This document shows, piece after piece, positions 15,773 through 23,267 of a stretch of DNA of 64,000 nucleotides. A program made the position numbers and the translations under genes. The notes under the pieces are model-generated. The model worked only from the letters and a program-made list of their open reading frames with translations. It was not told the origin of the DNA and made no database searches. Positions within the stretch are counted from its first letter, which is position 1. Every line of letters starts with the position of its first letter. Source of the stretch: a virus; IMG/VR virus record IMGVR_UViG_3300028394_002659; one strand, given 5' to 3'.

Positions 15773-15925
15773 TTTTTATAGTCAAGCACCGAGAATGCCA
15801 ATTTAGGAGTCCGGTGCTTCCGTTCCAAAGCCGATGCAGTTATATCAGGATCAGTCGCCGGCCGCTGTGACCCGAATAGTGTATGCGTCCATACACGATA
15901 CCTTATCGATGCTTGACTATAAAAA
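15773..15925 (-). ncRNA. Structured RNA C (20-bp closing stem), unknown function
   Basis: TTTTTATAGTCAAGCATCGA pairs with TCGGTGCTTGACTATAAAAA; internal GTGTATG-GACG-CATACAC hairpin. Confidence 0.65.
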
Positions 15926-15928
15926 CAA

Positions 15929-16004
15929 TGGTACTCCGTGGGGGAATCGAACCCCTCCTTACCCGCGTGAAAGGCGAGTGTCCTAACCGATAGACGAACG
16001 GAGC
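15929..16004 (-). tRNA. tRNA-Glu(TTC)
   Basis: Loop CTTTCAC, CCA. Confidence 0.92.
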
Positions 16005-16013
16005 ATGTAGTTT

Positions 16014-16216
16014 TACATTGAGGAACCATTGTGGATCTCGTTCTGCTTGGTTTGCGAGGCCAAGTCACCACGGTCATTACTGCCAGACGATCCGCCGCTT
16101 TTCTGGATCTACTTTTTACAGTAGAGAGCCGACTTCATGACTGATAGCAAGTGGACACCCGCCGGTGTCAATTCACTTCTACCAATGCCTCTAACGGGTC
16201 TGGTAACCTCTTTGTA
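16014..16216 (-). ncRNA. Structured RNA D (about 200 nt) with possible pseudoknot
   Basis: Ends pair (TACAAAGAGGTTACCA / TGGTTCCTCAATGTA); nested stems; CTTGG-CCTCGCAAA-CCAAG loop can pair with a downstream CGAG. Confidence 0.6.
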
Positions 16217-16306
16217 TATTTTAATGATCTGTTGCAAGTAGTCTCGATCGACTTTGTTGCTTTGTTAAGTTCTATTGTAGCAGAGTTTCAATTTATGGTC
16301 TAGCAC

Positions 16307-16374
16307 AAAAAAGAAAACCCTCCGAAGCGGAGGGTCTTTGTTAGTAGTACTTTTGTATTACAGACAAAGCCCCC
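16307..16374 (-). terminator. Attenuator 2: terminator (16307-16339) with competing antiterminator arm (16364-16374)
   Basis: ACCCTCCG-CTT-CGGAGGGT + U-rich tail; GGGGGCTTTGT in the last leader codons pairs with ACAAAGACCCTC (11 bp, one bulge). Confidence 0.75.
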
Positions 16375-16435
16375 AATGGCAATCCCACTCATGTTCTGAG
16401 CGAAGGGTTGTGATGATTGCAGTTGTTTGTTTCAT
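16358..16435 (-). CDS. Leader peptide 2 (25 aa, leaderless): MKQTTAIITTLRSEHEWDCHWGLCL
   Basis: ATG 6 nt after TATAAT, no SD; last codons form the antiterminator arm. Confidence 0.65.
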   Translation of the reverse strand: MKQTTAIITTLRSEHEWDCHWGLCL

Positions 16436-16441
16436 AAGTGT

Positions 16442-16470
16442 ATTATATATGACAAGTGAATAAAAGTCAA
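16442..16470 (-). promoter_or_regulatory. sigma70-type promoter TTGACT-N17-TATAAT for leader 2
   Basis: Consensus hexamers. Confidence 0.8.
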
Positions 16471-16631
16471 GGCTTTTTGGCTCGGTTGCAAGCAGGATCT
16501 CGACAAGCCGTAATTCGTTTGCGATCACAGTCTGGGCAGTCTTTGATTCTGATCCACATGGTGGGCATGAATCTTACAACCTCATTTTTGCCTGGTTTAT
16601 CCCAACTGTCACATTTGATAGCATGTTGCAT
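16467..16631 (-). CDS. small Cys-rich protein
   Basis: AAGGAG RBS; CPDC and CRDPAC motifs. Confidence 0.55.
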   Translation of the reverse strand: MQHAIKCDSWDKPGKNEVVRFMPTMWIRIKDCPDCDRKRITACRDPACNRAKKP

Positions 16632-16701
16632 AATGTCTCCTTGACATACATATACAACGCCGTAGCCCGTCAAAGGGTTTACACAAACTGTGTTACTTTG
16701 C

Positions 16702-17595
16702 TCATTTCTTAGTCAATAGTTTTACTACCTGTTGATACTCACGCTCAATATCACGTGCAAACTCATCGGGTGTTTGTTTTCGGGGAACTCCAGCATGTAC
16801 CACAGTGAGAATTTGTTTTTGCACTTCTTCGTTGGCTCTAGCACTTTCTAGCATGTTGTACAAGCGATCACGTGTGTCTTTGGGGGTTCCCGGTGGCGCC
16901 CAGAACCCAGTCCAGCCTTCTTGGCTGATATTGTACCCAAGTTCCACAAGACTTTTTATACCATTACGTCCCTTTGGGGTTAGCACTGCCAGGCCGTTTA
17001 GTTCTCCAGTGGCAACTCGATCCTCCAACAAGAAAGTAACAGTGGTAACTTCGATACTCTTGTTCATCAATGCCAACATGGCCGCATTGTCACCGTTGTA
17101 GTTCACCATGATGAGATTGGGATTGTTGCCCAGCAATTCTTCAAGTGCAATTCTGGTAATAGCGCCATTGTTGCCCACAGCCACAGTGCGTGTTTTCAAT
17201 GCAGACTTCAGTTGCTCGACTGTGCGGATGTCGGAGTCTTTGCGACTGACTAGCATCTGGCCGTTTGTGGCACCACGCATGAGTGGCACAATCTTTGTCA
17301 TGATTTCGTGGGCCGCGGGGTTACTGGCAGAATTGTAAACCACTGCACTGCTACCGGTATACATCACAGTGTTGCCGTCGGGCTTGGCAGCCATCAACTC
17401 CTGCATGCCAACTAGGCCTTCGGCGCCAGGTTTGTTGACTACTATAGCCTCAACGCCCTGGCGTGCCAATTCCTTGGCATACACACGTGCCGCAAGGTCA
17501 GTGTTGCCCCCGGCCGCATAGGTAACAATAATTTTCAATGGTTCTGCCGCATGAGCAGAAGCCACAAGTAATAATGAGAGTAAAAGTTTTTTCAT
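16702..17595 (-). CDS. Bug/TctC tripartite tricarboxylate transporter substrate-binding protein
   Basis: Signal peptide; IIVTYAAGGNTDLAAR, NKPGAEG, PDGNT, WTGFWAPPGTP. Confidence 0.9.
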   Translation of the reverse strand: MKKLLLSLLLVASAHAAEPLKIIVTYAAGGNTDLAARVYAKELARQGVEAIVVNKPGAEGLVGMQELMAAKPDGNTVMYTGSSAVVYNSASNPAAHEIMTKIVPLMRGATNGQMLVSRKDSDIRTVEQLKSALKTRTVAVGNNGAITRIALEELLGNNPNLIMVNYNGDNAAMLALMNKSIEVTTVTFLLEDRVATGELNGLAVLTPKGRNGIKSLVELGYNISQEGWTGFWAPPGTPKDTRDRLYNMLESARANEEVQKQILTVVHAGVPRKQTPDEFARDIEREYQQVVKLLTKK

Positions 17596-18290
17596 AATTG
17601 ATTGTAATCCAATTCAAAAGGTACGCTGGATTCAGCCAGTTCTTTGAACCGATCTGTGACTAAACCACTCAATCGCAACAGAGCCCTGTGCCAGTATCCA
17701 GCGTTGAAAGTGCTGTGAGCACCTGTGGGCCAATCCCAATGCACAACATCTCCGGTCCGCCAGTGAGTGTAAATTTCGTCTCCAAAAATAATACCTTGTC
17801 CCCAGCGCCAGTCAGTGAGCAATATTAACACACGACTGGCAGTGCGTCTATCATTTTGAAAAGCCGCAAGTTCCTCCTCACTGAATTGAATCTTGTGTAT
17901 ACTAGATTCTTCAGGAGCAATGTAACCGTATCCCAGTTCATCTATATGCAATGGTTGCAACGCACCTGGTACAAGTGTTTGTACTCGACCACTGGGCTTG
18001 CGATAGCCGATCAAATCACCGATACGTTCTATCACGGCAGTATCGGTGACCAACCATCTATCAAAGTCTTTGGGATCTGCTGACTCACCCACAATAGTAC
18101 CAATATCAGTGTCTTTGTACCCTAGTTCTCGAGTCAACTGATCTGCCACTGCCAGACGGCTGATGTGTTTTGCTTCCTGTAAACTGGGAATACTTTGTGC
18201 AATAGTTTGACCGTGACTTAAAAATTCGTTCCACTCCGAATGTGGAGGAATATTGCGGATATTACCTAGGTATTTGTAATGCGTTGCCAT
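17592..18290 (-). CDS. putative 2OG-Fe(II) oxygenase-like protein
   Basis: PLHID...HSTFNAG...R pattern. Confidence 0.5.
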   Translation of the reverse strand: MATHYKYLGNIRNIPPHSEWNEFLSHGQTIAQSIPSLQEAKHISRLAVADQLTRELGYKDTDIGTIVGESADPKDFDRWLVTDTAVIERIGDLIGYRKPSGRVQTLVPGALQPLHIDELGYGYIAPEESSIHKIQFSEEELAAFQNDRRTASRVLILLTDWRWGQGIIFGDEIYTHWRTGDVVHWDWPTGAHSTFNAGYWHRALLRLSGLVTDRFKELAESSVPFELDYNQL

Positions 18291-18307
18291 GAGAAGTTGA
18301 AAATAGG

Positions 18308-18565
18308 AGATAGGTTTATTCTGTTACGAGGAAAACCTATCAAAACCCTAGGCTACAATCAAGCGGCCAATGCGAACTGTGAGTCGTTAGCGGTTACTTT
18401 TGTTTAGTTTTTACGACTATCGCTGTCGTGCTGTCCACTTCAATACTCCTGACCCAATCGATCCTGTGTCATCCCCACCTAAATATACCTCATACACTTA
18501 GGTGGAGATGCCGGGCACTGCCCCCGGGTCTTGAATCCATTTTTATCGGCTTCATACAGCAATAA
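18308..18565 (-). ncRNA. ssrA: Two-piece (circularly permuted) tmRNA, tag ANDSQFALAA
   Basis: Acceptor piece first (T-arm CCGGG-GGCAGTG-CCCGG, CATCTCC-A-CC), hairpin spacer, then GGGGATG 5' end at 18476 (G3:U70); tag frame 18391-18359; promoter 18571-18599. Confidence 0.9.
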
Positions 18566-18600
18566 CTTACAGTATATATTTATACAGGTTGTTTGTCAAC

Positions 18601-18780
18601 CTATTTGGTACTCACATGACATGCGGCCACAATCTGTTTGTTTTGTGCCCGGAATTCTTCACGTTTTTGAACTCGGGCTTGCTCGCATTCTGCCTGAGTT
18701 TTGAACTTGGCCTGTTCGCCATACTCAGGCACCGGTCCTAAGACACTAAAACTCAACACCCAGATCAGAGTCCGGCTCAT
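18601..18780 (-). CDS. small secreted/membrane-anchored protein (59 aa)
   Basis: Manual translation MSRTLIWVLSFSVLGPVPEYGEQAKFKTQAECEQAR...VAACHVSTK. Confidence 0.55.
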   Translation of the reverse strand: MSRTLIWVLSFSVLGPVPEYGEQAKFKTQAECEQARVQKREEFRAQNKQIVAACHVSTK

Positions 18781-18831
18781 GGCAAAATCCTAACTACTGT
18801 ATTTATAGCCCAGTAGTTAAAAATCCACTGG

Positions 18832-19947
18832 TCATGGACCGATACAGTACTCCTTTGACCATGTAAATTTCAAACTGCTAAAACGCATGTCGCCAGATCT
18901 AAACCAGCCGTTGTCCCGTAACCAATTGGTAAATCCAAACTCACTGGTCAAATTATGAAATCCTTTGAGATAGTTTACCGCTGCCGGATTGTTGTCGGAC
19001 AAGTCATGAAGCAGATGTCGATCAGAACTGTGTACATTGCGCCAGTCACCGTGTACCTGTAGTTGCAGTTGATCAAAAGATTCGTTGCCAATTTTTTGTG
19101 TGTGGCTGACTCCGATATAAACTTCGTCGTGTCTTCCGCAAGCAGTGGCCCAGGCACGGTATCCTGCAGGATCTTTGTCCCATTTGGACTCAGCCCAGTC
19201 ATTACTGTACAACGGTTGTGCAGTTTGTTTAATGATGTTTTTAACCGCACGTTTGACCATGTGTGCTTGTTTGATTGCAATCAATGGCTCAAAGAAAAAA
19301 TGTTCAATATAATCATGGCCCATTGTAGGTTGTAGCACCATGCTGAGTTGTCTATGATACCAAGCACCGTCACGATAGATCAGTCTGGGTTTTTCGTAGC
19401 CACCTATGGCTTTCCATGTGTGCCCGGCGTGATTTTTTTCGCACAGAAATTTCACAGCATCTGCAGAACTTGTGTTGCCGTATTTGAGTAGGTCGCCTTT
19501 GTTCTTCCATACCCAGTCTTCGTCGGGCAAATCAATCAGTCGCAGGTCAGTGTCGTGATCATCGTAGCGTGTGATGATTGTGGTTGGATCCCAGTGATTA
19601 TTTTGGATCCAGTATACATTGCGCTCGGGAAACATTTCTGAATCTTCTCCGGCCTTGATGATCAGTTCGTCAATGTGAATATTGTTACGTTTAAAAATGT
19701 TGTAGATAGTATGACTGTCAGTGCCGCCACTCCATAACAGAATCAGTCGCTCATATTTCTCACGCAAGGCAAGAGCATGTTGCGTCATCAAGAAGTCTAG
19801 CGATGCTTCGGGTTCCAGAGTCCAATCAAATTGATCAAACTCATAGTCATAACAGTAAAATTTAAGTTCGTGATTGTTTTTCCAGCAATCTCGCAGGGCT
19901 AGAAACACATTGTTGTAATGTTGCCCGTTTACTTGATATGATACCAT
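18832..19947 (-). CDS. PP-loop ATP pyrophosphatase family protein, paralog of 14154-15284
   Basis: LWSGGTDSHTIYNIFKRNNIHIDE nearly matches the paralog; GYEKPR, EHFF. Confidence 0.75.
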   Translation of the reverse strand: MVSYQVNGQHYNNVFLALRDCWKNNHELKFYCYDYEFDQFDWTLEPEASLDFLMTQHALALREKYERLILLWSGGTDSHTIYNIFKRNNIHIDELIIKAGEDSEMFPERNVYWIQNNHWDPTTIITRYDDHDTDLRLIDLPDEDWVWKNKGDLLKYGNTSSADAVKFLCEKNHAGHTWKAIGGYEKPRLIYRDGAWYHRQLSMVLQPTMGHDYIEHFFFEPLIAIKQAHMVKRAVKNIIKQTAQPLYSNDWAESKWDKDPAGYRAWATACGRHDEVYIGVSHTQKIGNESFDQLQLQVHGDWRNVHSSDRHLLHDLSDNNPAAVNYLKGFHNLTSEFGFTNWLRDNGWFRSGDMRFSSLKFTWSKEYCIGP

Positions 19948-19948
19948 G

Positions 19949-20833
19949 TTATTTTTTAAGTTGATCTCTGTAGTATTCAGTTTCTTTGACGGCCCTGGCA
20001 TTCAAGTCAGCATCTGCTTTGACCACTACAAAACTTCTTTCTGTAAGAGGTTTGGTCAGTTCTGCATCCTGGTTCCATGTTTTGATAATGCTGATCAATT
20101 CTGCATTCTTCAACAAATTGCTGTTGTTGGGAATTGCTGTGGCATACCAAGTCTCAAATTGATATTTTGGCAACACAGTACTCATGGCAGGAATGTCACT
20201 ACGCACAGCCTTGCTGGATGCAAGGAATTTTACTTTGCCTTCTAATCCAGTGTACGCCGCAATCTGATCGTAGCCACAGGGAGTATGACCACCCACAATG
20301 TCCGGAATCATCTGGCCTGTTCCTTTGTAGGGCACTGGTACAAATTTAGTGCCGTAGGTGGAGTTGATTTGTTTGAGTTCGATTTCACCGTGGCTGTTGC
20401 TGACACCACACACAGTTTCTTTTTTCTTTGCTGATTCAATCAGTTCTCGGAACGTTTTGACTTCACCAGATTCGGGAGTGATAAAAACCATTGGGTTGGT
20501 AACAGATGGTCCTAGCAGTTGTGTTTTTGTGGCATAGATGTTTTCTCTATTGAGCAACACATTGGAAAATACAAAGTTTGCAGAACTTGCAACAAATATA
20601 ATATTGTCTCGTTTTTCCACAGCAATGTTCAGAGCAATGTCTCCGTTGGCACCGGGGTGATATACCACCACGTTGTCATGTCCCTTGTTCATCAATGCCT
20701 TTGATAAACTACGTGCAGTGATATCAATTGCACCACCTGGCGGTGTTGGAACAACAATAGTGATTGGGTCTCCGGCAAATACTGTGGCCGAAAATGCCAA
20801 AGCAAAAATGAATTGTGTGAATTTTTTGATCAT
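19949..20833 (-). CDS. Bug/TctC family substrate-binding protein
   Basis: Signal peptide; IVVPTPPGGAIDITAR, PGANG, VPYKGTG. Confidence 0.88.
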   Translation of the reverse strand: MIKKFTQFIFALAFSATVFAGDPITIVVPTPPGGAIDITARSLSKALMNKGHDNVVVYHPGANGDIALNIAVEKRDNIIFVASSANFVFSNVLLNRENIYATKTQLLGPSVTNPMVFITPESGEVKTFRELIESAKKKETVCGVSNSHGEIELKQINSTYGTKFVPVPYKGTGQMIPDIVGGHTPCGYDQIAAYTGLEGKVKFLASSKAVRSDIPAMSTVLPKYQFETWYATAIPNNSNLLKNAELISIIKTWNQDAELTKPLTERSFVVVKADADLNARAVKETEYYRDQLKK

Positions 20834-20864
20834 GGTTTCTCCTAAAAGTCTATTATACACAATT

Positions 20865-20980
20865 GCTAGTAGGAGGTCTACATACGGTGCGGCGTTCTGA
20901 GCATAGTTATGTCAGTAAAAGGGTTACTACCCCAGGCGTCACTGGAAATACCGACGTCAGCCTGTTGCTGGCGTTACAGA
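20865..20980 (-). promoter_or_regulatory. Structured 5' leader (riboswitch-like) after a TATAAATA motif
   Basis: GC-rich hairpins (CAGC/GCTG, CGTC/GACG, GGGT/ACCC) in an otherwise AT-rich intergenic context. Confidence 0.4.
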
Positions 20981-20991
20981 AATATTTATAA

Positions 20992-21015
20992 GAAAGCGGC
21001 CGAAGCCGCTTTTTT
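20992..21015. terminator. Intrinsic terminator
   Basis: AAAGCGGC-CGAA-GCCGCTTT hairpin (UUCG loop on the minus strand) with flanking A/T tracts. Confidence 0.8.
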
Positions 21016-21989
21016 TAGTGTCGAGTTTGTCTAATGCGTTTTACTAAATCAGGTGTGAAGAAATATTTGGTTTTGACATAAGTCATTTGAGACTTGTGCT
21101 TTAATGCCTCAGTGTCTTGCTTAGAGATTTCAGTAATGGTAATACCATTCTTAACGGCATTGGCTTCGAATGTTTCACCATCTTGAATGCTCCATTCACG
21201 CTCTTTGCGTGATGCCACCAGTGCAGCCTGACTAAATGCTTGCTGTTGTTGGTCAGTCAATGAATCCCAAAACTTGTTGCTGACCACAATAGTGGTCATG
21301 AACATGGAATGATTGGTTTTGAGCACATGTTTGCCGTTGAATCGTAGATAGGTCGTTTCCACAGCATCGGCTTCACCTTTGCCTATCAAGTCGTATTTGT
21401 TCCAAAGGCATGGTTTTATCGGAATTGCTTTTCCGCCCATGCTTTCAATAGTGGTGCCTAGTGTGATTGGGTTTTGAACAACAATGCGTTTGTTTTTCAA
21501 CTCATCCAAAGTTAGGATAGGTTCGTCACTGCCAATCACACGATAGCCGCCGGAATAGGTAAATGCCAATCCAGTCACACCTGACTTCTGTCCCAGGTTG
21601 TAGCACAGTTCTTGACCTATTGGGCCTTCTAATGTTTCGCTCACATGATCGTGATTGTCAAATATAAATGGCATGTCCAGAGCATGGAAATCAGAGTATA
21701 ATTCTCCAACTTGTCCAACTTGGATTTGGCTCATTTCTATTTCACTATCGAACAGTGCTTGCCAAAAACTCTTGATAGCGGCGTCAATGTCAACATCGGC
21801 TTGATCAAGGATTTCTAGGTTGGGAATAGAACGATATTTTTCGCGATATTCTGGATAGGTTAAAATTTCAACTTCTAGTTCACCGGCACAAGTTTTATTG
21901 AGTTCTTCGCTGAATGCTCGAGCGGTACGCACAAATAACTCTTGTGGCTGATGTGCAATAAGCCATCTGATTTTACGGGGTTTTGACAT
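21015..21989 (-). CDS. TRAP transporter DctP-family substrate-binding protein lacking a signal peptide
   Basis: ALDMPFIFDNHDH, GYRVI, DAVE, NKFWDSLTDQQQ motifs. Confidence 0.8.
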   Translation of the reverse strand: MSKPRKIRWLIAHQPQELFVRTARAFSEELNKTCAGELEVEILTYPEYREKYRSIPNLEILDQADVDIDAAIKSFWQALFDSEIEMSQIQVGQVGELYSDFHALDMPFIFDNHDHVSETLEGPIGQELCYNLGQKSGVTGLAFTYSGGYRVIGSDEPILTLDELKNKRIVVQNPITLGTTIESMGGKAIPIKPCLWNKYDLIGKGEADAVETTYLRFNGKHVLKTNHSMFMTTIVVSNKFWDSLTDQQQQAFSQAALVASRKEREWSIQDGETFEANAVKNGITITEISKQDTEALKHKSQMTYVKTKYFFTPDLVKRIRQTRH

Positions 21990-22023
21990 GTATATCTCCT
22001 AGGGGGTTTTGTACAATTATTTA

Positions 22024-22545
22024 TCAAACATCATTCGAATCTTTTGGAATCCATCCCAATCGGAACAAATCCTCGCGTATTTGATCCGTTACAGTGCCTT
22101 CGGGCACATGCCCTAGATCTACCCAGTCCTCATCAGGCTCACCCTGTATGCCCGAGCAGTACCACTCAATGTAGTCGCCCGATTCGCGCATGTCAGCCAC
22201 AATGCCGCCTGCATAGCGCCAACTGGCACTCCAGCGTTGATCCTTGAGCAAAGGCCAGACCTCGTTTTTCACAAACTCCATGTTACACATGGCCGCATAC
22301 AAGTTCTGAGCGTAAGTTTTATTGCTCTTGACTTTGTCACAGATCCACGGGGTACTGCGCAAGTCGTATTCCATGTTGTTTTTTTGCCAGGCAGGATCGG
22401 CCATGCGTTCTTGATCCTGCTCACGCCGAGACTTGAACATATTCAAGTAATCCTCGCTGGGATTGTTACCTTCTTCCCGGCATCGGTCGATGTAACTTTG
22501 TTCTTGAAAGGTATGACGTTCGGGACTGGAATTTATTTTGGTCAT
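22024..22545 (-). CDS. conserved phage hypothetical protein
   Basis: YAQNLYAAMCN, SWRYAGGIVA, DYIEWYCSG. Confidence 0.75.
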   Translation of the reverse strand: MTKINSSPERHTFQEQSYIDRCREEGNNPSEDYLNMFKSRREQDQERMADPAWQKNNMEYDLRSTPWICDKVKSNKTYAQNLYAAMCNMEFVKNEVWPLLKDQRWSASWRYAGGIVADMRESGDYIEWYCSGIQGEPDEDWVDLGHVPEGTVTDQIREDLFRLGWIPKDSNDV

Positions 22546-22551
22546 AGTATT

Positions 22552-22626
22552 TGGTCCGGCGTAGTGGAATCGAACCACTATTATCTCTTTAGAAGAAAGA
22601 TGTCCTATCCGTTGAACGAACGCCAG
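22552..22626 (-). tRNA. tRNA-Arg(TCT)
   Basis: Loop CTTCTAA, CCA. Confidence 0.9.
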
Positions 22627-22647
22627 CGAATGGTGCAAGTTGCTTTG

Positions 22648-22719
22648 TGGGACCTACTGGATTCGAACCAGTCCCTTAAGAATTATGAGTTCTCGGCACT
22701 ACCTCTATGCTAAAGTCCC
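22648..22719 (-). tRNA. tRNA with CAT anticodon (Ile2 or Met), CCA not encoded
   Basis: Cloverleaf, loop CTCATAA. Confidence 0.85.
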
Positions 22720-23267
22720 ACAAAACAACCTTCACGGATTTGCTTTATTTCTTTTTCTTTGATTATACACAACTTTTCAGAAAATTGCGACCACTTTGAT
22801 CGATCTCTATCCGTTTCATATCCTTTGACTTCAACATATAAGTCCTTAGACTCAATGTAAAAATCTGGATGATACCACCTATCACCATTCCAAACATATC
22901 TGAATGCCTTTGACGGTCTTTGTGGATTCAGTCCGGCTTCTTTTGCCCACATATAAAAATCAACTTCCCACTGCCCTTGTAGTGTTATTCCGTCAACTAT
23001 TATTTGTTTGGTCCTGCCTCTATTTGATGAACTATACGATTCTGGGTTCTCCTGCACAGCACGTTTCATTGATTCTTGATGCTTGATTCTAAACTCAGGG
23101 TCGTTCCATTGTTTTTTGTTTTGAGCAATAGTAGACTGACGAATACGTTCTCTGCCTGCGTCCGTTAATCCTTCATGTATCCTATCTGGATTTTTCGGGC
23201 ATCTGCGGACATGGTTAGAATAACCAATTTTACTTGTAAACTCTTTCGAGCAATGTAGGCATATCAT
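22710..23267 (-). CDS. Putative free-standing homing endonuclease (Zn finger + PD-(D/E)XK)
   Basis: CxxC...HxxxC N-terminus; YHPDF..YVEVKG; stop codon lies inside the tRNA 5' end. Confidence 0.75.
   Translation of the reverse strand: MICLHCSKEFTSKIGYSNHVRRCPKNPDRIHEGLTDAGRERIRQSTIAQNKKQWNDPEFRIKHQESMKRAVQENPESYSSSNRGRTKQIIVDGITLQGQWEVDFYMWAKEAGLNPQRPSKAFRYVWNGDRWYHPDFYIESKDLYVEVKGYETDRDRSKWSQFSEKLCIIKEKEIKQIREGCFVGL

Noticed and set aside
11298-16077. ORF-track calls overlapping tRNAs and ncRNAs (e.g. 11628-12080, 13387-13833, 15649-16077)
   Set aside because: They are incidental frames across RNA genes, without RBS or protein motifs
15384-16216. Assignment of RNAs D/E to GOLLD, ROOL, RNase P, 6S or Y RNA
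   Set aside because: Sizes and the conserved motifs I can recall (e.g. RNase P GAGGAAAGUCC, Y RNA bulged-C stem) do not match; left unassigned pending an Rfam search
16650-16700. Small hairpin (GTAAACCC/GGGCTAC) upstream of the Cys-rich ORF as a riboswitch
   Set aside because: Too short and weak to support without homologs
14154-19947. Calling the PP-loop proteins QueC or TilS
   Set aside because: Only the SGGxDS loop is shared; the QueC C-terminal Zn-binding Cys cluster and TilS-specific motifs are not evident
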